Below the pieces are notes generated by a model. The model did no database searches and had not been told where the DNA came from. It worked only from the letters and a program-made list of their open reading frames with translations. The position numbers and the translations under genes were made by a program. From the NCBI GenBank assembly GCA_965649225.1, contig CBFGJX010000005.1, forward strand, positions 32,001 through 96,000: a DNA stretch of 64,000 nucleotides, read 5' to 3'. Below are positions 49,201 through 56,407 of the stretch, piece by piece. The stretch is from a candidate division WOR-3 bacterium (GTDB lineage: Bacteria; Hydrothermota; Tepidihabitantia; Tepidihabitantales; Tepidihabitantaceae). Position 1 is the first letter of the stretch; every line of letters begins with the position of its first letter.

Positions 49201-49956
49201 GTCGGCAGCAATATCAAATGGTACAAGGGTTCGTTTCTGGTGGCTGACCGTGGTCGTCACATCTATGCCCAGAAGGGCAAGTACAATGAGCTGTGGCGCT
49301 ATACGGTTGGCACCGATTCCTGGGTCCAGCGCGCGGCGTTGCCACTGTACAACTCGGCCGGGCGGCGCAAGAAATCGGGCGATGGTGCGTCCGGTGCGAT
49401 GTGGGGCGGGTCGATCTATGCGCTGAAGGGCGGTAACACCAATGAGTTCTGGCGCTACGACACCGCCGCTGACCGCTGGACCGAGCTGGTGGCGGACAGC
49501 CTGCCATCGTTCGGGTCTTCCATGCGGAAGAAACGGGTCAAGGGCGGGTCCGATCTGGTGGCCAGTTCCTGGGCGCTCTGGGCGCTCAAGGGTAACAAGA
49601 CGCTGGAGTTCTGGCGCTGGGGGATACCGTTTGCTGGAACAGGCGCATTTCCGCAGCGGCAGACTCAGTCCGGGGTTGTGCTGTCGGGCAGTCCGGCCCG
49701 GAGGTTTGAGCTTACACCCAATCCGGCCCGCGGCCGGGTGTATCTCTGCTATTCGGTTCCAATACCGGTTCGGGTTTCGGTTCATTGCTTTGATGCCTCG
49801 GGTCGACTGGTCGCGGTTGCGGCGGAGCGCCGGCTGGCACGGGGAAGAGGGGCGATTGAACTGTCAGTGCAGTCGTTGCCTGCCGGTGTCTATCTCGTGC
49901 GGCTGGTGACGGATGATGGCACGACAATGCCGGGATACAAGCTGGTGTTGCGTTAG
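46216..49956 (+). CDS. Paralogous secreted double-propeller protein with three Ig/CARDB-like repeats and T9SS-type CTD
   Basis: Signal peptide; ALDSAGNIYVAG repeats; three P....V.N.G...D..P.ND modules; YALKGNKT.EF repeats; C-term PNPARG..FDASGRLV..LPAGVYLVRL..KLVLR. Confidence 0.85.
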   Translation: MSNQMRILAFGAVILSGVAAAAPDTLWLRHFVGDSAKRLNRAADIVVDRQRAAVYVGGSVENLVLSGGFWRPVSDMGVVRYSLSGQLQWRQAYGGNASAGSEGDMAHALALDSAGNIYVAGVTENNAPRLRDYSYCKYSPAGTALWTRKSLDANGDDAFFDIAVGRGGQLYACGTRLDPASGLNGYLVVRLDPSTGDTVWTRSYVLDTTAKLRQRRRKLHPDFLTLDYDEWDNCATAIAVDPRDGGVVTTGFGYDNLNDLYYEWWTMKHDTTGAVVWQTVSHTQNTGLIDDDDVAFDVAVDDSGYVYACGFTYWNAARDYEFAVMKFSRNGQRLYAREYGFNTEGDADAAYSLCLDNAVPQNLYVTGYIGYSSPLAWQVVTHKFVTTTMSRLWGTAGAVYDGGRANGDDAGYKVFWQDQRVYVAGVRGAGGGFSDDLLLLCYSDADAALKDTLWTFTYDSPDSANVYEDYAAAVWVADSDNVYVAGQSQRDSLGRNWVSMVTARLFVPRPDAAVGAVLAPTDTVALGDSIRPRALVQNRGNTQASFRSYFRISDGYADSIGHLAFAPGDSVVDTFALWVPVTAGPVVVRCSVGLAGDIVPANDLVVESVFVAVRDVGCARIVTPVGIVDSGTVVTPRAWLVNRGNVAEQFRVLFRIGDFWADTVTVNLPPGDSALAGFADVTLRQRGLWAAVCSTMLAGDRNRPNDRAEAAVRVRVTDAGLAAVEAIPDTVDSGSVLVPALRVVNLGTDSAVVRGALRLARGGVVGYADSVDVTLAPGVESLVGLAPTLPLVLLGSWQYGAFVRLTGDQVPTNDSIGGDFVVVPTGGAVWPAGWFEVASVPLGGGRPVKDGGSLAAVELRDTAWVYALKGNKTGEFYRYRILGDSWQVRAVMPMGREGKPPGRGAALTEHSSGSVYAVKGNNTLGFWEYRPAADSWLQLADVPLGINGKKVKGGSDLVAVHDGGEDWIYLMKGYRNEFYRYRISSGTWQTLPEMPVGSNIKWYKGSFLVADRGRHIYAQKGKYNELWRYTVGTDSWVQRAALPLYNSAGRRKKSGDGASGAMWGGSIYALKGGNTNEFWRYDTAADRWTELVADSLPSFGSSMRKKRVKGGSDLVASSWALWALKGNKTLEFWRWGIPFAGTGAFPQRQTQSGVVLSGSPARRFELTPNPARGRVYLCYSVPIPVRVSVHCFDASGRLVAVAAERRLARGRGAIELSVQSLPAGVYLVRLVTDDGTTMPGYKLVLR

Positions 49957-49973
49957 TTGACAGGGCAGTATCG

Positions 49974-50012
49974 ATCGGCGGGGGCAGCTGCCGGCCCCCG
50001 CCGATTTGTTTT
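49974..50012 (+). terminator. Intrinsic terminator
   Basis: atcggcgggggc-agctgccg-gcccccgccgat 12-bp stem followed by ttgtttt, between convergent genes. Confidence 0.75.
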
Positions 50013-50034
50013 GCCGGGACAGGACCGGTGGCAG

Positions 50035-51333
50035 CTACCGGTCGTGGTCTGCGGTTGATGGCGTGGGTGGGTTGGTGTGTCGACCGGGACGCCACGCGGG
50101 CGAAATGACACGCGGAGCGGGGATACGTTGCCGCAGGCGGGCACGGCTGACGGTGAATTCGCCATAGCGGTCGTTGATCTGGTCGACCGCTTCGAACAGC
50201 GATTCAGCCCGGTGGTTGTCAAATATTGAGAGCTGGCGCAGGTCACGGACCAGTCCGGAAACACTGACACCAAGTAATCGTATCAGCCGCGGTGGTTGAT
50301 AGATTTCGTCAAACAACTGCAGGGCAATGCGGTAGATGAGTTTGCCGTCATCGATCCAGCTGCCGAGTGTCCGCTGACGCCCGGTGGTTTTGAAGTCGGC
50401 ATACCGGAGTATGAGCGAGACAGTGCGGCCGGCGTAATGGTCCTGGCGCAGGCGGCGGCCGACCTGTTCCGATAGTTGCAGCAGGTGACGCCGGATGATG
50501 TCGCGGTTGCCGGTGTCACGGTCAAGCGTGAATGTGTGCCCCATCGATTTGGCTTCGGCTTCGTGATAGTAGGGAGCAACCGGGCTGGGGTCGATGCCCT
50601 GTCCCATCTGGTGCAGGTGGTGACCGAGGATACCGAAGGTGCGTACCAGTACTGCTTCGGGAAAACGGCCGAGCTGCCCGCAGGTGCGGATACCGAGACG
50701 GCCGAGTCGAGCCGTGGTTTTCGCCCCGATGCCGCAGAGTTCTTCAACCGGCAGGTTTTCCAGCAGGGCTGGTACTTCAGCGGCGGTGATGATGGTCAGG
50801 CCGTCGGGTTTGTGCATGTCACCAGCCAGTTTGGCGATAAGTTTGTTGGGGGCAATCCCGATCGAGCAGGTTAACCCGAAGGTGTGACGGAGCCAGTCCT
50901 TGATGTGGTGGGCAACTGCTTCGGGACCACCGAAGAGATGGGCAGTGTGGGAGATGTCGAGAAAGGCCTCGTCAATCGAGAAAACCTCGACTTTGTCGGT
51001 GAACCTGGTGTAGCAGGCAATGATACGGGTAGAGGTGTCGATGTACTTTGCCGGATTGCCGGGGACCAGGATTATGTCGGGGCAGAAGCGCCGGGCGTCG
51101 GGCAGTGTCATCGCGGTTTTGACGCCCCGGCGTTTTGCTTCGTAGGATGCGGCCGCGATGACGGTGCGGCCATCCGGATCGCCACAGACACCGACCGGTC
51201 GGCCGCGCAGAAAAGGAAAGGTTTGCTGTTCGACCGCGGCGAAGAAAGCATCCATGTCCACGTGCATTATCCAGCGTTCGCCCGGGGCCGGAGTGGGGGG
51301 CTTTGGCAGTGGTGGCAGGACAGCGCTGAACAC
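50035..51333 (-). CDS. dinB: DNA polymerase IV (Y family)
   Basis: MHVDMDAFFAAVE, AASYEAK..GVKTAM, FSIDEAFLD, SIGIAPNKLIAKLA..KPDG; C-terminal VDQINDRYG. Confidence 0.93.
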   Translation of the reverse strand: MFSAVLPPLPKPPTPAPGERWIMHVDMDAFFAAVEQQTFPFLRGRPVGVCGDPDGRTVIAAASYEAKRRGVKTAMTLPDARRFCPDIILVPGNPAKYIDTSTRIIACYTRFTDKVEVFSIDEAFLDISHTAHLFGGPEAVAHHIKDWLRHTFGLTCSIGIAPNKLIAKLAGDMHKPDGLTIITAAEVPALLENLPVEELCGIGAKTTARLGRLGIRTCGQLGRFPEAVLVRTFGILGHHLHQMGQGIDPSPVAPYYHEAEAKSMGHTFTLDRDTGNRDIIRRHLLQLSEQVGRRLRQDHYAGRTVSLILRYADFKTTGRQRTLGSWIDDGKLIYRIALQLFDEIYQPPRLIRLLGVSVSGLVRDLRQLSIFDNHRAESLFEAVDQINDRYGEFTVSRARLRQRIPAPRVISPAWRPGRHTNPPTPSTADHDR

Positions 51334-51605
51334 TATTCCGTATAGCTGCTGGCGAGTGTCCAGTCGAGATTGCGGGCGTTGTAGCAGAGTTCGAAAATAC
51401 TGGCGCCGTCGGAGACGGTAAAATGGTAGATTTCGCTTTCGCCGTTATTTTCCCGCCAGATATAGGTAATTTCTTCGATCCGGTATTCTCGATTGCGCCA
51501 GATGAAAAGCACCGGACGGAGCCGGTCGTGAGGGAAGTGGCGGTCGCTGCTTTCCTTGTAGAGCGCATAGACTTTGACTTTTTCGTTGATGCGACTTTGG
51601 GTCAT
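51333..51605 (-). CDS. Small DUF6504-like protein between lexA and dinB
   Basis: RPVLFIWRNREYRIEEITYIWRE...YHFTVSDGASIFELCYN....WTL; SD upstream of ATG 51605; an alternative in-frame ATG 51716 also has an SD. Confidence 0.7.
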   Translation of the reverse strand: MTQSRINEKVKVYALYKESSDRHFPHDRLRPVLFIWRNREYRIEEITYIWRENNGESEIYHFTVSDGASIFELCYNARNLDWTLASSYTE

Positions 51606-51729
51606 ACAACTCTCCTGGCCGGATATTGCGGCGGTTAATGCGCTGGCCGGTGGTGCCGGCCAGAATGAAATCCGACAGAGACCGGGTTCTGTTCGTCGCA
51701 ATGCAGTGCCGTTCATTTTTTCTCCTTGT

Positions 51730-52320
51730 TCAGCGATAGTCACGGAGCAGACCGACGACCACGCCAATAATGGAAAAATCGGTCCGGCCGGGCTGAATGG
51801 TTATCGGTTGGAACCGGGGGTTTTCCGGGCGCAGTATAATGGTATCGCCGTTGCGTTCGAACCGTTTGACAGTCGCTTCGTTGTCAAGCAGGGCAGCGAC
51901 GATCGCTCCGTGCTCGGCGGTGGCCTGGGGACGTACGATAACCATGTCACCGTCAAGGATGCCGGCATCGGTCATGCTTTCACCCTGTACCCGCAACAGG
52001 AAGCAGTCGCGGAAACGTTCAAGCGTTACTCTTGATTCGATATTCTCAACCGCCAGCAGGGGAGCCCCGGCGGCGATACGGCCAACCAGCGGCAGTGAGT
52101 CAGGCTGGTGAGCAGTACGCAGAGTGCGGGCGCGACGATCACAACGTTCCAGCATGCCGTTGGTTATCAGTATGTTCAGGTGATATTGGACAGCGCGGGT
52201 ACTGCGGATGCCGAGCGCCTTGCCGATTTCACGAACGCTGGGCGCAAAATTGTGCTCAGCGGTGTAGTTGCGAATGAATTCGAGTATTTTTTGACGGCGG
52301 TTTTTGTCTCTTGTAAACAT
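51730..52320 (-). CDS. lexA: LexA repressor
   Basis: RQKILEFI..PSVREIG..S..AVQYHL wHTH; GRIAAGAP (Ala-Gly cleavage site), GESM (Ser), ATVKRF (Lys). Confidence 0.95.
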   Translation of the reverse strand: MFTRDKNRRQKILEFIRNYTAEHNFAPSVREIGKALGIRSTRAVQYHLNILITNGMLERCDRRARTLRTAHQPDSLPLVGRIAAGAPLLAVENIESRVTLERFRDCFLLRVQGESMTDAGILDGDMVIVRPQATAEHGAIVAALLDNEATVKRFERNGDTIILRPENPRFQPITIQPGRTDFSIIGVVVGLLRDYR

Positions 52321-52356
52321 CTGTTTACATTGTAGGAATGATATTTTTGCTGTCAA
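52312..52356 (-). promoter_or_regulatory. lexA promoter with overlapping palindromic operator (putative SOS box)
   Basis: TTGACA-16-TACAAT-8 nt-ATG; perfect inverted repeat TGTAAACA-TC-TGTTTACA at 52312-52329. Confidence 0.7.
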
Positions 52357-52383
52357 GCCCGAGTATTGCTTGGTCAGGTGGGG

Positions 52384-53148
52384 TCAGCTGCGGGGTCGGA
52401 TACGGACGCGAAAATCCCAGCCGAATTCCCGATAACCGACTGTACGGGCGGTGGCAATCGAAGCGACATTGCGGTCAGAGGTTTGGTGGATTGGGGTCCG
52501 GTTCTGGGCAAGTACTGCGGCGGTGGTGGCGGAAAGTACCGAGCTGCCATAGCCCAGACGACGGTGGGAGTCGATGGTGCCGGGCAGACCGATGTCGGCG
52601 ACACGGTCGGCTAGGTGGGGCACTTCGTAAGTGCCGCAGAGTGCGACCGGACGATCGCCGTCAAACGCCGCATAACAGGTACCGTCGCGGACACTTTGGT
52701 CGAGCCAGTGCTCGTAAAGACCGATCTGACGGAGAATCGGCAGATCGGTCTCGGTTACCACCCGGCAGCGATGGGTAAGGCGGGGACGGAAGCTTTCGGG
52801 CGCACAGAAGTGAATCGGCCCGCCGGCGGTGGACAGCTCACCCAGCAGACTGCGGTGGCGTTCAACCAGCCGTGTCAGTTCCTCAAGACAACGGGGATCG
52901 CGGATGCGGCCGATTCCGTAGTGACTGAGGACTCGTCGTACCGGTTTGTAGAGCTGGGTCTGGACCGAGATGGCAGCGCGATTCTCGAAAACGATCATCC
53001 ACAGGGCGAATACCTCGGCATAGTGGGATTCCGGGTGTTCCCGTCGATCGGATACTACGACCTTCAATTCACGGGGTGCGATCGCGGTCAGGTCGCAATC
53101 AAGATAGCCGGACAGGAAAGCGGCGGTGTTGGTAAATGCGTCGGGCAT
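52384..53148 (-). CDS. GNAT family N-acetyltransferase
   Basis: C-terminal GT..SHRRLGYG acetyl-CoA motif, NVASIATARTVGY. Confidence 0.8.
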   Translation of the reverse strand: MPDAFTNTAAFLSGYLDCDLTAIAPRELKVVVSDRREHPESHYAEVFALWMIVFENRAAISVQTQLYKPVRRVLSHYGIGRIRDPRCLEELTRLVERHRSLLGELSTAGGPIHFCAPESFRPRLTHRCRVVTETDLPILRQIGLYEHWLDQSVRDGTCYAAFDGDRPVALCGTYEVPHLADRVADIGLPGTIDSHRRLGYGSSVLSATTAAVLAQNRTPIHQTSDRNVASIATARTVGYREFGWDFRVRIRPRS

Positions 53149-53207
53149 GCTGGTTCGTTTGCGCCGCCTTGAGGGTAATCGGCCGGCGGCCGAAGGTCAA
53201 GTGCTGG

Positions 53208-53666
53208 TCAGGGCAGGCCGCGTACCTTCTCGCCCGGCTTGATACCACGGGCGGCAAACCAGCCCCGGTTCATTTCCAGTGCCCAGAGGATCGGGCGGGA
53301 TGAAACGTACGGCGTTGTGGTGTCGTGGGGCACCATTTCGAAAATATCAGTTATGATGCCGGCCGAGTCGATGAAGGCTATGCTCAGCGGGATAAGGGTG
53401 TTTTTCATCCAGAAACGCTGAACCTCGGCGGAGTCAAACCGGAAAAGCATGCCCGAGTCCGGGGCCAGGGCAGTACGCCACATCAGCCCCTGAGTGCGGG
53501 CCGGAGGAGTGTCTGCGACTTCGGCCAGAGCTGTTTCGCCGGCAATCTCCAGAACTACGGTTGACAGCTGGTAGCGAGAGGATTCGATCGGCGGTGTCGG
53601 ACGCGGCGTTCGTGACCGGCAGCAGATAACGACACACGCGGCGGTCAACAGAATCCGGCCAGTCAT
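53208..53666 (-). CDS. DUF192 family protein (possible lipoprotein)
   Basis: EVADT...RTQGLMWR, GMLF, FWMKNTLIPLSIAFID, ALEMNRGWF. Confidence 0.9.
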   Translation of the reverse strand: MTGRILLTAACVVICCRSRTPRPTPPIESSRYQLSTVVLEIAGETALAEVADTPPARTQGLMWRTALAPDSGMLFRFDSAEVQRFWMKNTLIPLSIAFIDSAGIITDIFEMVPHDTTTPYVSSRPILWALEMNRGWFAARGIKPGEKVRGLP

Positions 53667-55738
53667 CGCTCGGGGTTGTCGTTGATCACGATCCGCGAGA
53701 GGTCGGCGACACGGCTGAACAGTGAACGGACCAGATTCAGCAGACGGAGTCGATTCAGACGCAGCGGCTGGTCCTCGGTCATGACCAGCACCTCGGTGAA
53801 GAACCGGTCGATGCTGGTTCGAAGACTGAGCAGCAGCTCAAACGCTGTGTCAAAGTCACCGGCGGCGATGGCCGTGTCAATCCGCGGAGCAAGGGCTTCA
53901 GTTATCCGCCACAGCTCCTGTTCGGCCGGCTCACCGAGCAGAGCCGGTTCAATTTCTCCGGTAACCGATTGTCCCTTCAGGATGTTGGCGACACGCTTCT
54001 GGCCGATTACCAGTTGTTCGAATTCAGGGCGGCCGCGGAATCGTATCAGAGCTCGGGCTGCCGACAGCGCCGTGACCGGGCGGCTGGCGAATGCAACGAG
54101 AACGGCGTTGGTGATGTCGTAAGGTACTCCGCGGTCGGTCAGTGCTTGGGCGGTGCGTTCCCGGAAGAAGTTGCTCACCAGTTCGGCCTGGCCGGCGTCG
54201 GGTCCGGCGAATGGTTTCAAGGCGGTGTTGATGAGTCCGGTCAGGTCGAGCGGCAGGCCGTGTTCAAAGGCTATCGCCAGTATGCCAGCGGCCTGCCGTC
54301 TGAGGGCAAACGGGTCTTCGGAGCCGGTGGGTGCCGCACCGGCAATGAATCCGGCGATTATGTTGTCGGCTTTGTCGGCAATTGAAAGCAGCGCTCCGGC
54401 CGGGGTTGCGGGCAGCTGATCGCCGGCAAAATTCGGCAGATAGTGTTCAGCGATGGCCTGACAGACTGTCGCCGGTTCACCACCCAGCCGGGCATAAATG
54501 CCGCCGATGATTCCCTGCAGCGAAGTGAACTCTTTTTCCCGGATCATGTCCGTGAGCAGGTCGGCCTTGCAGAGCAGGGCGGCCCGGTCGAGCTGCTCTG
54601 GGGCGACGGCGGGACCGAGATTGCTCAGGAAGCGGCACAGCGCCCGCAGCCGCTCAGTTTTGTCAAAAAGGCTTCCCAGCCCTTCCATCCAGACGACCTG
54701 TCGTTCTGCTTCCACCAGCGGCTGCAGGCCGCGGGCAACGTCGGCTTCATAGAAGAAGCGCGCGTCGCGCAGGCGGGACTCGATTGCTTTTTCATACCAG
54801 GCGGCCACGGCGGTCCGGTCGCACTGCGGGCTGTTGGCAACAGCGACAAAAGCGGGCAGGAGTTTGCCATCCGCAGAGCGCAAGGAAAAACAGCGCTGGT
54901 GTTTCTTCAGCGCGGTGATGAGTACTACGTCGGGCAGGACCAGGTGCTCGGCACGGAAGCTGCCGCGCAGCAGTACCGGGTATTCGGTTACGTCGGCGGT
55001 CTCTTCGAGCAGTTCGTCATCGCTCACCGGTTGTCCGCCGATTTCGGCTGCCAGTCGGGCAAGTTCGGCGGCAATCAGCGCCCGTCGTTTTGCGTGTGAA
55101 GCGATAACGAAACCGGCCAGCAGTTCCGATTCATATTCAGCTGGTGAAGGAAGGCGTCGTGTCCGTGGCTGGGCGTTGCGATGAACGACGGTAATCGCAT
55201 CGGCTTCAGTCGCGCCGAATCGGAAACGCACCGGTTCGTTACCAAGAATGCAGACCAGCCAGCGGATTGGACGGGCAAATCCAGTGCCACTTGCGTCCCA
55301 GCGCATGAGTTTTGGCGACGGCAGCGACCGGATTACGGCCGGCAGCTTCGCTGCAAGCAGTTCTGCGACCGGTACCGCCGGGGTACGGCGGCGGACATAG
55401 ACGTATTCGCCGCGCGGTGTTGTCTTGAAGAAGAAGTCTTCGACATTTACCCCCTGTGCTGCACTGAACCCCAAGGCAACCCGAGTCGGGCGACCGGCCG
55501 AATCGAAAGCAGCACTGCGGGGAGGGCCCTGAATCTCAATCTCCGCCGCCGGTTTTGCCGCGGGAACATGATCGAACCGCACGGCGATCCGGCGGGGAGT
55601 CCAGAACTCATCGGTGGGTCCGATGGTGAGACCTTGCTCGGCAAAGACGCCGGCAACGCGTCGAGCCAGCTCGCGGGTTATTGGCCCGAGCAGTGACGGT
55701 GGTAGTTCTTCGGTCCCAATCTCGAGTAGCAACTGCAT
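53663..55738 (-). CDS. glyS: Glycine-tRNA ligase beta subunit
   Basis: MQLLLEIGTEELP, TPRR, MRW..FARPIRW, RLRDARFFY, KADL.T..EF..LQG, GSEDPFALRR, NRLRLL; start reassigned to ATG 55738. Confidence 0.95.
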   Translation of the reverse strand: MQLLLEIGTEELPPSLLGPITRELARRVAGVFAEQGLTIGPTDEFWTPRRIAVRFDHVPAAKPAAEIEIQGPPRSAAFDSAGRPTRVALGFSAAQGVNVEDFFFKTTPRGEYVYVRRRTPAVPVAELLAAKLPAVIRSLPSPKLMRWDASGTGFARPIRWLVCILGNEPVRFRFGATEADAITVVHRNAQPRTRRLPSPAEYESELLAGFVIASHAKRRALIAAELARLAAEIGGQPVSDDELLEETADVTEYPVLLRGSFRAEHLVLPDVVLITALKKHQRCFSLRSADGKLLPAFVAVANSPQCDRTAVAAWYEKAIESRLRDARFFYEADVARGLQPLVEAERQVVWMEGLGSLFDKTERLRALCRFLSNLGPAVAPEQLDRAALLCKADLLTDMIREKEFTSLQGIIGGIYARLGGEPATVCQAIAEHYLPNFAGDQLPATPAGALLSIADKADNIIAGFIAGAAPTGSEDPFALRRQAAGILAIAFEHGLPLDLTGLINTALKPFAGPDAGQAELVSNFFRERTAQALTDRGVPYDITNAVLVAFASRPVTALSAARALIRFRGRPEFEQLVIGQKRVANILKGQSVTGEIEPALLGEPAEQELWRITEALAPRIDTAIAAGDFDTAFELLLSLRTSIDRFFTEVLVMTEDQPLRLNRLRLLNLVRSLFSRVADLSRIVINDNPER

Positions 55739-55745
55739 CGGGGCC

Positions 55746-55823
55746 ATCATAGGAAGTGATGACCGACAGTCAAGCCGATTGGCCAGGCTATTGACAAGAT
55801 ACGATGGGAGCACTACATTCAGA
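55746..55823. promoter_or_regulatory. Divergent promoters for glyS (leaderless) and the 55835-purD operon
   Basis: Minus: TTGACT-16-TATGAT-7 nt-ATG 55738. Plus: TTGACA(55791)-17-TACATT followed by a ggagg SD. Confidence 0.55.
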
Positions 55824-55834
55824 CGGGAGGACTG

Positions 55835-56407
55835 ATGAAGAGACCCTACAAGCGCTGGTCGGCAGAAGAGGTCATCCGGATAGTCCAGGATCTGCACAAG
55901 CGGGGTGTCCCGCTGAATTCGGGCAACATTGCCAAACAGATGCCGGCACTGGGCTATGCCGGCCGTAAGTACTTTGGCAGCTGGGAAGCGGCACTGACGG
56001 CGGCCGGACTTGACTACAGCCGGATAAGACGCAAGAGCTTCTGGAACCGGACTCGTGTCATTGAGAAGATCCGCGAACTGCATGCTGCCGGCAAGCCGTT
56101 GCACGTTAGTGCAGCAGAGCGCGAACAAGGGGGACTGGTTGGCGCTGCTTCGGTGTATCTAGGTTCGTGGCGCCAGGCGATTCGCGCCGCCGGGCTCGAT
56201 TATTCGAAAATCAAACGTCAGAAGGACTGGTCGAAGTCGTACATTGTGTCGGAGATGCGACGTATGCACGCTCAGGGTTTACCGATGCGAACCACGATTG
56301 CGGTCAGACGGGAGTATCGGACACTCCATGCCGCAGCGGTGCGCTATTTCGGATCCTGGGCCGCAGCGCTGAAGGCAGCCCGGCTTGACAAGGTGGTCGG
56401 CAAGTGA
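55835..56407 (+). CDS. Basic protein of three tandem ~62-aa helical repeats (similar to homing-endonuclease-associated repeat)
   Basis: Three copies of W(S/N)...(V/I)I..(I/M)..(L/M)H..G.P...L..A...Y(F/L)GSW..A(L/I).AA.LD; SD present; stop overlaps purD start. Confidence 0.75.
   Translation: MKRPYKRWSAEEVIRIVQDLHKRGVPLNSGNIAKQMPALGYAGRKYFGSWEAALTAAGLDYSRIRRKSFWNRTRVIEKIRELHAAGKPLHVSAAEREQGGLVGAASVYLGSWRQAIRAAGLDYSKIKRQKDWSKSYIVSEMRRMHAQGLPMRTTIAVRREYRTLHAAAVRYFGSWAAALKAARLDKVVGK

Noticed and set aside
55739..56128. 130-aa N-terminal extension of glyS in the ORF track
   Set aside because: It overlaps the divergent gene 55835..56407. The typical GlyS N-terminus starts at ATG 55738, directly after a promoter.
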